64,000 nt of DNA from an uncultured Nitrososphaerales archaeon (GTDB taxonomy: Archaea; Thermoproteota; Nitrososphaeria; Nitrososphaerales; Nitrososphaeraceae), in contig CAVQMO010000010.1 in assembly GCA_963713605.1 (NCBI GenBank), forward strand, positions 352,001-416,000. The letters run 5' to 3'. Positions 1 to 11,695 of the stretch are shown here, piece after piece. Made by a program: the position numbers and the translations under genes. Each line of letters begins with the position of its first letter. The stretch's first letter is position 1. The notes under the pieces were generated by a model. It was not told the origin of the DNA. It ran no database searches and was given only the letters and a program-made list of their open reading frames with translations.

Positions 1-184
1 GATCCCCATTTTTATCATTCTGTACGCTGGAGATTGTTCCGAAATTATACTCTCCCGTATCATTGCCATATGGATAAGCTCTAGCATGATTAATCGGGTA
101 GGTAGCTATCAAGACTGCTGATACAACCACAAAAGAAGCGAATATAGCAGAGCCTATCACTCTTATTCCATTTCTTCTCGCCAT
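1..184 (-). CDS. Secreted hypothetical protein, N-terminal part (runs off window edge)
   Basis: Manual translation from ATG 184: MARRNGIRVIGSAIFASFVVVSAVLIATYPINHARAYPYGNDTGEYNFGTISSVQNDKNGD; signal peptide with AxA site; open to window end; not in ORF track. Confidence 0.65.
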   Translation of the reverse strand, partial: MARRNGIRVIGSAIFASFVVVSAVLIATYPINHARAYPYGNDTGEYNFGTISSVQNDKNGD

Positions 185-582
185 AATATAGTAATGGTCA
201 ATACCATTATTTGTACCTTCGTTCTAGTTTTACAAGAGGATCTGATCTTTTTCCACGTTCGCACGAATGTCATTTAGTTACGAGTAAGCTGTACGTCCAC
301 GAAATCTCTCATCTTGGAAGAACGCTGAAAGGAATTTAAGAAAATCCAAAATGTGATCCAGATTGATTAGATTATGATCGGACTCATTCAGATGATAATG
401 CATTTAGTTTCTGAGTCTTTCCTTACCGTAGATATTGTGAAAAAAGAAAAAGATAAACAAAATTCGGAGATTAGTTATAGTGTAATTAGAACGAATTTCA
501 GCCACAAACCAACAGATAAACTGCTAGATTGAAATAGAATTTATTTATTCGATACAAAACACAATTAGACCTCCCTTAATAT

Positions 583-1212
583 ATGTCCATATCCCATAGT
601 GATCAGAACCCAATGCAGGTATTGATAGCTGAGGACGACCCTGACATAGCTGCACTCTACAAAAAGGCTCTAGAGAGGAGAAGCCATAGTGCCACCATTA
701 CTTCCAATGGAGAGGATTGTCTTAAGAGGTATCTAGACGCGTTGCATAATATGACATTTGGAGTCTCATCGCCAAGTTCATCCATGTCTGATACACAAAG
801 AACAAACCTGGATCCTTCTTTATCGAGTGGTTCTAATTTATTCAGGTCGGTCAACAGGTCCGCACCCTATGATGTTGTTATTCTTGATTACAGCATGCCA
901 AGCATCAACGGAATGGAGGTAGCCAAAGAAATCTTGGCAATAAATTTGCATCAAAGAGTTATATTTGCTTCTTCATATGTGAAAGAAACCCTTGAACATT
1001 CCATTAAAGATCTCAAGCAAGTGGTAGAACTGATTCAGAAGCCCTTTTCATTGAACAAACTAGTGGACATCATCGAAGATAAGGGAGTATATGAACATTT
1101 GAGAACTCTTAACATTGACGTTGACCTTGTGAAAGCTGCAAACCCGAGCCATGAGCAAATCCTCGATCTTTTAGAAAGGTTAAAGAGAATCCAAAAGCAT
1201 AGGACGTTTTGA
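583..1212 (+). CDS. Response regulator receiver protein with Ser-rich insert and short helical C-terminal tail
   Basis: VLIAEDD, VILDYSMPSING, FASS, IQKPF receiver motifs. Confidence 0.9.
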   Translation: MSISHSDQNPMQVLIAEDDPDIAALYKKALERRSHSATITSNGEDCLKRYLDALHNMTFGVSSPSSSMSDTQRTNLDPSLSSGSNLFRSVNRSAPYDVVILDYSMPSINGMEVAKEILAINLHQRVIFASSYVKETLEHSIKDLKQVVELIQKPFSLNKLVDIIEDKGVYEHLRTLNIDVDLVKAANPSHEQILDLLERLKRIQKHRTF

Positions 1213-1517
1213 TCTTTTTGTCACTTCCCAATGGTATCTGGTCGTCACGACGGCGGCCACTGATTAACAGAACAACCCTGATAACAAACAGGTTCTACGA
1301 AAGAAGTATAGATATACTAAATCGTAGAAAGTATTCTAACCCGCTTGGAATCAAGTTTTCCATTATTTTTGGGTATCCAAAAGGAAAGTCTAAATGGGAT
1401 TTAAAAGTGTCAAGTGTAGTGGAAAAAAACTAGGGAGTGCATTATGTCATCATTTCTTAAGACCATAGTATTTTTGGATAGATGTGAAACTGAAAAAACG
1501 AGAGGTAGCTAAAACAA

Positions 1518-1781
1518 ATGGCTTTATATAAAAGCAAAAGGCTTCCTAGGTCGGCCAGAAGGTCACGTAAGCCGTTGCAAGAAAATTGGACAAGGGGTCC
1601 GGGGAGAGGGACAATGCTCCGATGTACTTATGTGAAATGTTCTTATGAATGGGAATACTATGGTCGCCGGAAGTGGGCGAAGTGTCCTGCGTGTCAGAGT
1701 GTGGTCAGAGTCGCATTGGCCAAGAAGAATCTCGTTTATCATCAACGTGCTTTGAATTCCACTGTATTTAAGAATAAATAG
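1518..1781 (+). CDS. Small basic Zn-ribbon protein
   Basis: CTYVKC...W...KCPACQ Cys pairs; gaggt SD-like element upstream. Confidence 0.55.
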   Translation: MALYKSKRLPRSARRSRKPLQENWTRGPGRGTMLRCTYVKCSYEWEYYGRRKWAKCPACQSVVRVALAKKNLVYHQRALNSTVFKNK

Positions 1782-1834
1782 GTTGAAATTATGTATTATT
1801 GAGATAAAACTATCAAAATCTACTGTTGAAGGCT

Positions 1835-2650
1835 TTAAGGTCTCCAGGTAAACTTGTTAGACTGTCTAAAGAATTCGTAAGCATTGTAAAAAGTCACCTT
1901 TTCTATTTGCTCAATATTAAAGTCCCTCGATTTTCTCATTTCTCTTGCCATCAGTGGAACACTCAAAGGGTCGGAAACTCCCCAATCAGCTGCACTATGT
2001 ATCATGATTTTTTCAGTACCGTATTTCTTTATTATACTGATTGCTCTATCAGGAGAAAGCTTAGTATATGGATACACTGACAACCCTGCCCACAATCCGA
2101 GATCTAAAGTTTTTTCAATGGTCTCTTCTACATTATGGTCTACCAATATCATTTTTCTCTTATATCTATTAGAATTATTCAATATATTCTCAATCCTATT
2201 CATCCCTTCCACTTTGTTATTGTGCGGTAAGTGTATTGTCATTAACAAATCTTTATCCGCCGCTATGTCCATCTGTTTGATGAATACCTCCTCTTCTAGT
2301 TCGCTTATAAGATTATAACCAATCTCGCCAATGGCCACTACTCGTTCCCTGTCAAGATATCCTTTTTTTGTCATTGCGTCAATTGCATCGAGTCCTAGAG
2401 GTCTAGCATTTGCCTCCTTAGGATTCACTGAAATACAAACATAATGTTCAATGGCGAATTCCCTTGCTCGTTGAGTTTCGAAGGTGATCATATGCTCCCA
2501 GTAATCTTCAAAAGTCCCTACAAACCTTCTCGGTCCTCCAAGCCAAAATGATGGTTGAACTATGACCTCGATGCCTGCCTTTGACATCAGATCATAATCA
2601 TCTGTCGTGCGAGAATACATGTGAATATGGGGATCAAATAATCTTGTCAA
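1835..2650 (-). CDS. TatD-family amidohydrolase, EboB-like subfamily
   Basis: DPHIHM.SRTTDDY, FWLG, NPKEAN, AIGEIG, IHLPH, VDH, SAADWGVSDPL motifs. Confidence 0.85.
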   Translation of the reverse strand: MTRLFDPHIHMYSRTTDDYDLMSKAGIEVIVQPSFWLGGPRRFVGTFEDYWEHMITFETQRAREFAIEHYVCISVNPKEANARPLGLDAIDAMTKKGYLDRERVVAIGEIGYNLISELEEEVFIKQMDIAADKDLLMTIHLPHNNKVEGMNRIENILNNSNRYKRKMILVDHNVEETIEKTLDLGLWAGLSVYPYTKLSPDRAISIIKKYGTEKIMIHSAADWGVSDPLSVPLMAREMRKSRDFNIEQIEKVTFYNAYEFFRQSNKFTWRP

Positions 2651-3342
2651 TTCTGCTGCACTGTCTTTCTCTCATATATATGGATGTAGTATATCAAATA
2701 TTGTATTCAAGACTACAACAGAAGGATTTATGGTGTTCGCGGAAATTCCAGCGAAACCTTGTAGCGTAAAGATAATACATATACTATTTCCATGTTTCGA
2801 TAAATAAACCAAAAACAAATTCGTGGATTCTACACCATGGCATCACGTCAGAGTCAGGATCGGTAGTAGTGGTATTAGAACCACATAACCGCAGTTTCAT
2901 GAATCTACGAAAGAAAGATATTGGAATAGAAGATCTAGCATACAAAATATTTAAGTTTCAGAATAATTAAGAATTACTAAGTAAAACCTTTCCCATGATC
3001 ATGAGGCAAGAAATATCATTCTTGGAATGAATCAGTATTTGCTGCTCCTCAAATTGTTGGAGTCCCAACTGCTATTCCCACTCTTCTACATGATACAATA
3101 CCTATATTTTTCAAAAACATTTTCGCCAACTCTTTCCGATTGTTTTATTGGTGAAATTTGGCCTAATCTAGAGCAGTGGTTACTCTAAAATCATTGCACT
3201 AGCTTTTTACATATTTTATATTTACCATGAGAATAGTATAAATCTAAGATCGAATATATTTAATAGTTAGAATTAGTGCAATTACTATCGCGAACGTGAT
3301 TAAATTTATATATTCAATATTCATAATACTATCAAATGCGCC

Positions 3343-3573
3343 ATGTCGGATGAGGATATAATATTTGCAGATTGGGAAAAAATTATTCTCAAGAATGCAC
3401 GGTCAAGGGATAGTAAAGAATTGGGGAATGTTATTGCTGTTGACGATGACAACATTATTTTAAATCAAGATAACATCGAATTTAAGATACCAAAGTCTTA
3501 TGTGGAAGGATATAGAGGTAACGCTGTCTTTCTCGGACTAAATGGAAAAGATATTCAGGACTATCAATTTTAG
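3343..3573 (+). CDS. Small PRC-barrel-like protein
   Basis: DWE...ARSRDSKELGNV...FKIPKSYVEGY, the same pattern as other paralogs in the window; TTTTATATA upstream. Confidence 0.75.
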   Translation: MSDEDIIFADWEKIILKNARSRDSKELGNVIAVDDDNIILNQDNIEFKIPKSYVEGYRGNAVFLGLNGKDIQDYQF

Positions 3574-3601
3574 GAATGATACCCTTTAGAGCCATGATAA
3601 T

Positions 3602-4354
3602 TTGGTCCCACTCAAGATGACTATTTTACCGCTATCCATTTTTCAGTGGCTATGTTCTAATCAGTATGTCCTTCTGGCGATGAGCTTATTGAGTGTATTA
3701 CTTTTGCTCTTTGTTAATGTATCCGTAGTACAAATATTCATTTCGATTTCATCGATTCCGGATAGCACAATTATATCAAAGTTTGTAATTGTACTCATAC
3801 TTGTATTGATAGCGATTATTCCTCTGCCAATAATACATAAGGGAATAGTTCCAATTGCAATAGCAGGCATAGGGTTACCATTATTGTATGCTGGTACGGT
3901 AATCCCTATTACTACTACAGCCTCGACAAACATATCTGGAAACTCAGAAGAAATAATGTTCATTTCTGAAGGATACTTTTTACTTGGAGTGTCAATGATG
4001 GCGTTTAGTATTATCAGTGCATACAAGCCATCTATTCTATATGTCAAAAATAGGCCGAAAGATATAGGCGATATGAGCCAAGAAGATTATCCGCTGTGGG
4101 ATAAAATGGATGAAGGAGCAAGCCACGTTGTTTCTGTGGGTAGATTTGACGATGAGGTCTATATTCCACTCAAAGATTTGATGAGCGAGATAGAGACTTA
4201 CTTATTATGGCGATATTCGTATGTCTTGGTCTCGATCCATGGAATCCGTTACCTGACGGATCCCAATAGCTACGTTCCGTATAGTTCAATTATCTTGAGA
4301 GATGAAAACGGACGGATGATTGGAAAGGGCAGATTTAGCAGCTACTTAGTATAA
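3602..4354 (+). CDS. Hypothetical membrane protein (about 4 TM helices plus soluble C-terminus)
   Basis: 250-aa ORF with several hydrophobic segments; start may be ATG 3617. Confidence 0.7.
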   Translation: MVPLKMTILPLSIFQWLCSNQYVLLAMSLLSVLLLLFVNVSVVQIFISISSIPDSTIISKFVIVLILVLIAIIPLPIIHKGIVPIAIAGIGLPLLYAGTVIPITTTASTNISGNSEEIMFISEGYFLLGVSMMAFSIISAYKPSILYVKNRPKDIGDMSQEDYPLWDKMDEGASHVVSVGRFDDEVYIPLKDLMSEIETYLLWRYSYVLVSIHGIRYLTDPNSYVPYSSIILRDENGRMIGKGRFSSYLV

Positions 4355-4564
4355 CTATATCAAATACCATAGATCATTGATCCATTTGGCACGATGTGGG
4401 AAATGGATGTGAAAGAGAAAAGACATGGACTTGTTTTAGAGAAAGCTTGATTTGAATTCTTTTAACGAGTCGGCTAATTAGCTTGAATGGATAGTAAATG
4501 GATAAACAAATCTTTTTAACAAGATGACGGAGTACGATAGCTATTTGAAAGATGGGAACGATAA

Positions 4565-5134
4565 ATGAATGCTAAAAATAACAATAATTTGGATTTAATT
4601 ATGCAGATATCGGGTGATGTGATCCATTGCAAAAATTGCGAACTCTGTCATACTAGGAAAAATGCGGTACCTGGCGAAGGTTCTGCTTCGGCAAGGATCA
4701 TATTCGTAGGAGAAGCCCCTGGTAAATCTGAGGACATCCAAGGCAAGCCATTCGTAGGACGCGCAGGAAAGATCCTGGAAGCAGCTTTGTTAAACGCGAA
4801 TATATCCAGGTCTCAAGTTTTCATAACCAATATTGTAAAATGTAGACCTCCTGGAAACCGAAGACCCAAACATGATGAAATCATCAAGTGTAATGATTAC
4901 CTAAACAAGCAAATATCTGTCATTAACCCAAAAATTGTATGCATCTTGGGAGCGACAGCATATTCGTCACTTCTCGGTGGTAAAGAAATTACTTTAAATC
5001 GAGGAAAGTTGATAAATATCAATGGACGAGATTATTTCTTGACGATTCATCCTGCAGCGACTTTGTACCGAAGAAGTTTGCTCCGCGTCTTGGAGGAGGA
5101 CTTGGTGAAATTGTCAAAATTGATCATGGAGTAA
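4565..5134 (+). CDS. udg: Family 4 uracil-DNA glycosylase (4Fe-4S)
   Basis: Cxx[28 protein letters not shown] motifs. Confidence 0.95.
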   Translation: MNAKNNNNLDLIMQISGDVIHCKNCELCHTRKNAVPGEGSASARIIFVGEAPGKSEDIQGKPFVGRAGKILEAALLNANISRSQVFITNIVKCRPPGNRRPKHDEIIKCNDYLNKQISVINPKIVCILGATAYSSLLGGKEITLNRGKLININGRDYFLTIHPAATLYRRSLLRVLEEDLVKLSKLIME

Positions 5135-5403
5135 TGATGGCAATAGTAGATGACCTCTCAGGTGCATAAGAGCAGTTAGTCGCATCATGAGAGGGCTTGA
5201 GATGGATTGAAAAGAAGGCAAGTTTTTGATCTTGATATGATTAAGCCTGATCCCGTGTTGTCGATGTAGATAATTATTCTTTAAGCAACTTAGATTCTAC
5301 GCCAACTCCATGAATGAATGAATCAGGGTACGGCCAATGGAAAAAATGTGAAATGCGCTAAACTGCAGTACTACATTTATCCCAGGAAATCTTGTTCTCT
5401 CAT

Positions 5404-6351
5404 ATGAAAATAGGTGTGATCGGAACTGGGATGATGGGAGCACAATTAGCGATCAGGTTAGCAAAGAGCGGACATGAAGTCATAGTCTTTAACAGGGACA
5501 GATTGAAAGCGCAGATTGTCCAGCACTCTATCGTTAAAAACGAAATCAGGATAGCAAGCACACCAGCAGAAGTAGGAAAAAATTCTAAATTCGTGATAGT
5601 TTGCGTGAAGGACCATCAAGCCATTATGGATATAACTGCTGTTAAAGGTGATACAGGCCTAATTGATACTCCAAAAAGTAACCAAACTAGAAAGGAATTC
5701 ATTGTAATTCAATGCAGTACAATATCTCCTACTGAATCAAATCATCTGGCAGATCTTTATGGGAAAAAGAACATCAAAGTGATCACCGTGCCAATTTTAG
5801 GAGGGATAAGTGCCGCAGAAAGAGGAGAACTGATTTTGATTGCTGCTGGTCCAAAAAAATCGTTCAACCGGGCCAAGTCTTTGCTCAAGGACCTTAGTAA
5901 ACAAGTATTTTATGTTGGGTCAAATCATGCTACCGCAAGTACGTTTAAACTTGCAGTCAATATTAATATCGCACTAATAGCTCTTGCACTTGCAGAAGGT
6001 TTGGCATTTGTGAAAGGCTCTGGTTTAAACCCAGAGATATTTATCAAGATTTTCAATTCTACCTATTTCAAGACTGGTATAAGTGAGAACAAGGGACCAA
6101 AAATTATTCATGATGAGTATACCCCTTCCTTCTCTGTTGCGAATATGGCAAAAGATCTAGAATTGACGTTGCAGACAGCGTATAGTTCAGGTCTTACACT
6201 CCCAGCTACTGCTTCAACTCATGCTATTTACAAAGCCTCGGAAGCAGTGGGCCTATCAGGTTTGGATTACACTTCAATAGCTTCTTTCATATTAAGGCTA
6301 AATAGAATCAGTCGCTTCGGAAAAAGGAAAAGGCAGATTAGAGGGTACTGA
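5404..6351 (+). CDS. NAD(P)-dependent beta-hydroxyacid dehydrogenase (3-hydroxyisobutyrate dehydrogenase family)
   Basis: IGVIGTGMMG Rossmann motif, CSTISP, PILGG, FKLAVN, KDL. Confidence 0.9.
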   Translation: MKIGVIGTGMMGAQLAIRLAKSGHEVIVFNRDRLKAQIVQHSIVKNEIRIASTPAEVGKNSKFVIVCVKDHQAIMDITAVKGDTGLIDTPKSNQTRKEFIVIQCSTISPTESNHLADLYGKKNIKVITVPILGGISAAERGELILIAAGPKKSFNRAKSLLKDLSKQVFYVGSNHATASTFKLAVNINIALIALALAEGLAFVKGSGLNPEIFIKIFNSTYFKTGISENKGPKIIHDEYTPSFSVANMAKDLELTLQTAYSSGLTLPATASTHAIYKASEAVGLSGLDYTSIASFILRLNRISRFGKRKRQIRGY

Positions 6352-6759
6352 CTTTTTACTGTCTTCCCAATAAATCAGCGCCGATTTCCACGATTCACAT
6401 CTTTTTTGGAGAGTTAAAGTCGTCTATGGATCGACTGCATTTTAATCCGTTACAATGTTCACAGGTAGGCAGACAGATCACCCTTAAGCATCAAGTGAGT
6501 CAAATCAGAAGGGCGGGCATGCGTAAATACTATAATTATTGAATTTTTTGATGATCATTTCTGTACAATAGAATAAAATAAAATTCTTAAAATAGCTGTT
6601 AGCTGATGCGATTTAAACTTATAAAATGCAATAAAAAAAGTGGATGCCTCGCTATTGACTGGGATTTAAGTACTATTTGGCATCGATAATATAGTATTTA
6701 TTTAGACAACACAAAAAAAATAGTTACATGTGGCCTTTTCATAAAAAATGGCCTTCAAT

Positions 6760-7936
6760 TTAACCTGAGGCCGCCAAGAGTTTCTCTGCTTGGTTCAAGT
6801 TGCTGTTAATCTTGTCTATATGCTCTTGAATCTCCTCAATTGGTACATGGGTTTGGATCAACTGTCTCAAGTCTTCTCTAAGCATCAATTCAGTTGTCTC
6901 CATTAGGGTCCTATTCTGTTCCGCCAAAGGAGCTTCTACAAATTCATAGTTATCTAGATATGCTTGTATAGCTAGAGCGTCAGCTTGATCATAGTTCTGA
7001 TTTTTGTATTCATCAAGTGTTTGATTTAGTAAATTGCGGATCTCAGGGATATAGGCTGAAGTATCACTTGCGGTACCTGGAATATTTTCTTCATTAATAC
7101 CTGTCACCTCTGAGATTTCATGTATAATCGATCCAATCGCACTAGATACTACTTCGGGATTTGACTTTTCCTGAACTGCATTTCCAAGATCTGCAAAGAA
7201 TCCGCTTATCACCGGAACGTCAGCTGACTTTTCTTGAGGGATCGATGGAGAAGTTTCATTGAATATTGAGCTAGCTCTCGAAATAAATGCCTGCCCATCC
7301 TGATACTCTACTATTTCCTTTAATTGACCATTCTCTACTGCTTCTTTGTATTCGTTATTTGCTACAGATAATAGGTTTCCTACGACCATAAGATTGAATC
7401 CACTATCATTTATCTCTTGAACTGGAATGACTTTACCAACAGTATCATTGAGTAATCCATTGATATCCGAAGCCTTGGACTTAAATTCTTCTACAGTAGA
7501 ATTATCTACCATATTTGAAAGCTGGCTCAAAGAAGATGATAATGATTGATTCAGACTTGGATCTGCGGCATCTATTTGGACCTCGATGCTACTATAAATT
7601 TCTTCGATTGGATGAAGGGTATGTGCCTTTGCCAGCGTCGTATTACCAATCTCTTTGTTTGAGACGGCCTGCTCCAAGTGTCCCCTGATCTGCTCAATAT
7701 TTGAATCAAAATCCACCAATGAGCTGATTTGAAACACTAGAACTCATATTCGTGGCATTTTGCACTGCTTCGACTCCTGTTTCTCCTGATTCTTGTCCTT
7801 GCACAAATCCTGGGTACAGAGATGCTGATGCAAAAATGGCTATAGCACCAACAGCGAGACAAGCCACAAAAAGAACAGGGTTGACTTGTTGTTTACTTGA
7901 AAAAGTCAAGCTCTTCGTTTCATCTTGCATTTTCAT
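6760..7936 (-). CDS. Secreted acidic helical protein, putative metal (iron) binding; split by a +1 frameshift near 7730
   Basis: Signal peptide in the 7706..8011 ORF joins 6760..7737 if one A is removed; HTLHPIEE, EYQD and AYLDNYEFVEAPL motifs resemble extracellular domains of FTR1-associated proteins. Confidence 0.7.
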
Positions 7937-7937
7937 A

Positions 7938-7951
7938 TTAGTTGAACCTAA
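7938..7951. promoter_or_regulatory. Putative DtxR/SirR-family operator box
   Basis: TTAGTTGAACCTAA (TTAG-N6-CTAA) directly upstream of ATG 7936. Confidence 0.55.
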
Positions 7952-8111
7952 CTCTAAGTATTTACTATTTATCTCATTTGATGATTCTCGATCCAGAGAA
8001 TAACAAATCAAATTTTGGTACTCAATGTCTCTTCATTGGAAAAATCACAATTAATAGAGGAAAATATATTGATATCTCATTCTAAGGACAGAAAATCGGC
8101 ATAGGCAATAA

Positions 8112-8145
8112 ATATTAGTTTAGTCTAATTAGACTGGTCTAATAT
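8112..8145. promoter_or_regulatory. Tandem putative DtxR/SirR-family operator boxes in a 34-bp near-palindrome
   Basis: ATA-TTAGTTTAGTCTAA-TTAGACTGGTCTAA-TAT; two abutting TTAG-N6-CTAA units. Confidence 0.6.
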
Positions 8146-8680
8146 CAGAGAGGTGGAGAATAAATGATGACTGCAAAATGTCTGGATAACATGCAATTGG
8201 CATCTGTATATTTGTATGTTTACAGTCACATTTGGAACATTCGAAATCTAACCTACAATCCTACTCGGCAACAACACGCTCTAACTTCTTGATATTATAC
8301 TGACCAAATCCTTGCCGGGTAGGATATTATCTTCTCATACATGATTAGCAGTTCAGGAATAATGTAAGGCAATGCCCCATTGAGTCTTGATAATTGCTAG
8401 AACTTGAAATTCCATTGTTTCACAATGTACTTGTTACTTGGGGACCAGATCATGAGTTAAAGGGAGAAAAAAAGAAAAAAGTTTCAAAAAGAGGGAAGAA
8501 GATTTTTCATGGTTGTTTCCAACCCTACTTTCGACTTCAATTGAAGATCATAATCATCATCATCCATTGAGAAGAATGGATAAGTAGATCATATTCAACA
8601 CCATCTTACGAAAATGTTTGTTCCAAATCAGAAAAGTACAACGGTATTGAGTATCGACATTAAAAGTATGAATAAATGTG

Positions 8681-8929
8681 TTAGACTGGACAACCTTCCA
8701 TTTGTTGAACTACAATCTCTTTTTCTATCATTTCTGGCGCTTCTTGAATATGGCAGAACTGACACTCTTCCTGTGTCATCATTTGGTCGCCCTCCCCAAC
8801 GCCTTCTAAATACTTTTTACCGTGTTCTATCGCTTTTTCTTGTGGAGTATCCGCCAGTACTATCACATCAAAATGCATTACTCTATTATCTTTTTTTCTA
8901 ACATATGTATCATACACAGCACATTGCAT
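8681..8929 (-). CDS. DUF2024 family protein
   Basis: VYDTYV.KKD..MHFDVIV, GKKYL, EECQFCH, C-terminal MEGC; appears a few residues short near the C-terminus. Confidence 0.8.
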   Translation of the reverse strand: MQCAVYDTYVRKKDNRVMHFDVIVLADTPQEKAIEHGKKYLEGVGEGDQMMTQEECQFCHIQEAPEMIEKEIVVQQMEGCPV

Positions 8930-9246
8930 TATAGTAGTTTCTTGCCCAATCAATATATAATCTGTATTATTATTCTCACCACAGAAAATAATCCTTCCAG
9001 TTTAGTCGGCACATTTCCTTCCCACAAGCTTTTTGACTAAATTCCAGCATGTAGCAGGATATTAACGTAGCAACTGTAACTATTGGTTATCAATAGAGAT
9101 CGTCTGGGTTTAAGTACCACTAGAATTCTAGTGTAATTTGCAAATTATACCATACAGCATCAAATATATTTCAAGATCGTAATTATTTTTAGATTGCTAG
9201 CATGGTTCCTTAATTCGCTGGACAATCCTTTATTTTGCGGATGGCT

Positions 9247-9268
9247 AAAATAGGACATCTCCTATTTT
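9247..9268. terminator. Hairpin downstream of the dienelactone hydrolase gene, overlapping a 14-bp direct repeat
   Basis: AAAATAGGA-CATC-TCCTATTTT perfect stem; TATTTTGCGGATGG at 9231 and 9263. Confidence 0.35.
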
Positions 9269-9306
9269 GCGGATGGATCCAGATTGAAAATATCAGAATG
9301 GAAAAT

Positions 9307-10286
9307 TTATTGCACTCGTTGAGTACTGTTTTTTAGAAACAACAGAGTCTTGTTCCATGCATCAGCTGTTTGCTCGGGAGCATAACTATCCCTTGATGGG
9401 TTAGCAAATGCGTGTCCTACTCCTTCGTAGACATAAATCTCGTTAGGAATTCCAATGGAATCTAGCGTCGCCTTAAAATTTGTCACATTCACAACCGGGA
9501 TTGAATCATCTTGGTCACCAAATATTCCCAGGTACTGGCCACTTGATCTTAGAGAGTTCATCCGGGTCAGAAACCAATCCTCCGTAATAAATTATTGTTG
9601 AGGACAAGGGATATTTCGGTTCTGTGTTTAATGCTAGCTGCAGAGACTGCTGACCACCGAAACACCAACCTAGAGAGGAAATTTGAGATGCATTAACATT
9701 GTCTAAGGAAGCAAGAAATCTGACGGCGAGCACGGAGATTTGCGATGGCCTCTGTCGGATTCTCCCTCACTGCTCCAGACAATTGCCCGGCATCTTCCTG
9801 ATTTGAAGCGACTTGACCGTTGAATAAGTCCACAGCAAGAACAACGTATCCTTCCTTTGCTAAAGTATCAGCCATCATCTTAATATGTTCATTTAAACCT
9901 CGATTCTCATGAATCATAACTACCGCTGGCAATTTGCTACCCACTAACGAGGATGTTGTTGTCGCTGTACTTGGAGTTGCTGGTAATTCGGTTGTATTTG
10001 CTTCTATCATTGAGGTGTCAGTGGACTTGGGAAAAACAAGGTATCCCGATGTATTGCCATAATAGTTAACCGTTTGATTCTCTAAAGCCAATTTACTGTT
10101 TCCTTGAATGGTGTTAGCTCTTGTTGAATTGGTCGAATTACCAATTGCATTTGACAAATCAGTGTCATTCGAGGAAATCATTGATGCGTTCGTTTCTTGT
10201 GCAAATGCATTACTAGTATAATGAACCTGGGTCAAAAGTACATACACAACAAATGATATCGTCATCCATATCCTAAATAATTTCAT
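9307..10286 (-). CDS. Secreted dienelactone hydrolase family protein; two +1 frameshifts (about 9730 and 9530)
   Basis: Signal peptide; IHENRGLN, LAVDLF, GWCFGG nucleophile, GDQDD, GHAFAN across three consecutive ORFs. Confidence 0.9.
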
Positions 10287-11130
10287 CTTATCTCCTCACC
10301 CAATAGTGCATCGTATTCTATTTGAATGATGCGGCATGATGCAACGTATTATTAATGAGTTACGTTTGCCTATTATAATAATAGATTAGCAGAAACAACG
10401 GCAGAAAAAAAAGCAGCAACTAACATCCACCACCATCATGAATAAGACCAATGGCACAATCATAATTGAAACGAACCCATGGGTCACATGACAACGAGTA
10501 GATGTCTTCTACTCATTCAATCCAAGTTAATCACTGCCTTAAGGACAGCAGTAGAAAAAAGGGAAGAAACATTAGACAAGGAAGGCAGCATCACATGATG
10601 ACTTGTTCGATGCATTCCGCATGAGTCTATAGTATTGGACCTCATGAAAAGTCTCTATTTTCAGCCGACACGGCTAAAAAATGAATTTTATGAAAGCATA
10701 TGACATGTAAGAATCTACTAGGCTGCATCGTTGACGGATATCGTCGTGTCTTTTGATGGGCCCTTATGACGATTCCAAGCTCGAAGCTTGATGTTTTATA
10801 CTGAACATTTTTGCCGTCTTAAATCAGTTTAAACCTTTACTTGAACTACTGAGCAGAATGTTACCTGCCATGCTCAAGTTTGGTAACGGATCGAAGGCAC
10901 ATAACTCTTCCTGAAATATAACGTACATCATTCGAGCCCAAACTTTGCGTCAAATATGATTCACAAACCTCTTGGCTTGTTGTAATCATGAATTACTGGG
11001 GCATCACTTTAAACTTTATTTACTGTCTGTCACAATACTTGTGGGAGAAAAGGTTAGGAGTAATGAACTTGTCAACCGTCATTTTGTATAAACACGTTTA
11101 TAGAGATCGTCTAAGACGAGGCATCTAGGA

Positions 11131-11457
11131 ATGGTTTTCTGCCTGTCTAACTATGTCCTTATGACAATTACCGTAATATCAATTGCAGCAGCATTGCTGG
11201 TCACGGGAGATGAAAAGAATACATTTGCTATGACATCGCTAAATGGGACGTCGGGAAATGGAGTCAGTGGGAGCCAACAGATCAAAAGCAATGAGTCAGC
11301 TTCAACTCTAGATTTGATGAAGGCCATAATAGGAGAATCACAAGGATCTGGAGTATTAGATCGGATGGCTAAATGCGGGGCCACAATGCATAATATGACC
11401 GAAGAACAACATCAATGCGTTGATGATCTGGCAATGGGTTTGGAAGGACTGAAATAA
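11131..11457 (+). CDS. Hypothetical secreted protein
   Basis: Hydrophobic N-terminus with TFA cleavage-like site; TTTATA about 30 nt upstream. Confidence 0.55.
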   Translation: MVFCLSNYVLMTITVISIAAALLVTGDEKNTFAMTSLNGTSGNGVSGSQQIKSNESASTLDLMKAIIGESQGSGVLDRMAKCGATMHNMTEEQHQCVDDLAMGLEGLK

Positions 11458-11695
11458 TAGAATGGGGATCAATAGGAAATGCTGGAGATCTACGTGAAAT
11501 GTTTTAACATATGTACTGGTGTATGAAAATAAAGGGCAAGCAAACTACTAGCCATGACTACCGGTTTGGCTCTTACAGTGGGTTTGCAGTTTTGGAGTAG
11601 GGAGCCTGTCATAGTTCAAGCTGGCTTAGACATAATTATGAGATTTATTTGCTGCATTATACACTTACGTTATGCAACGTTTTCTATCGTAAGCC

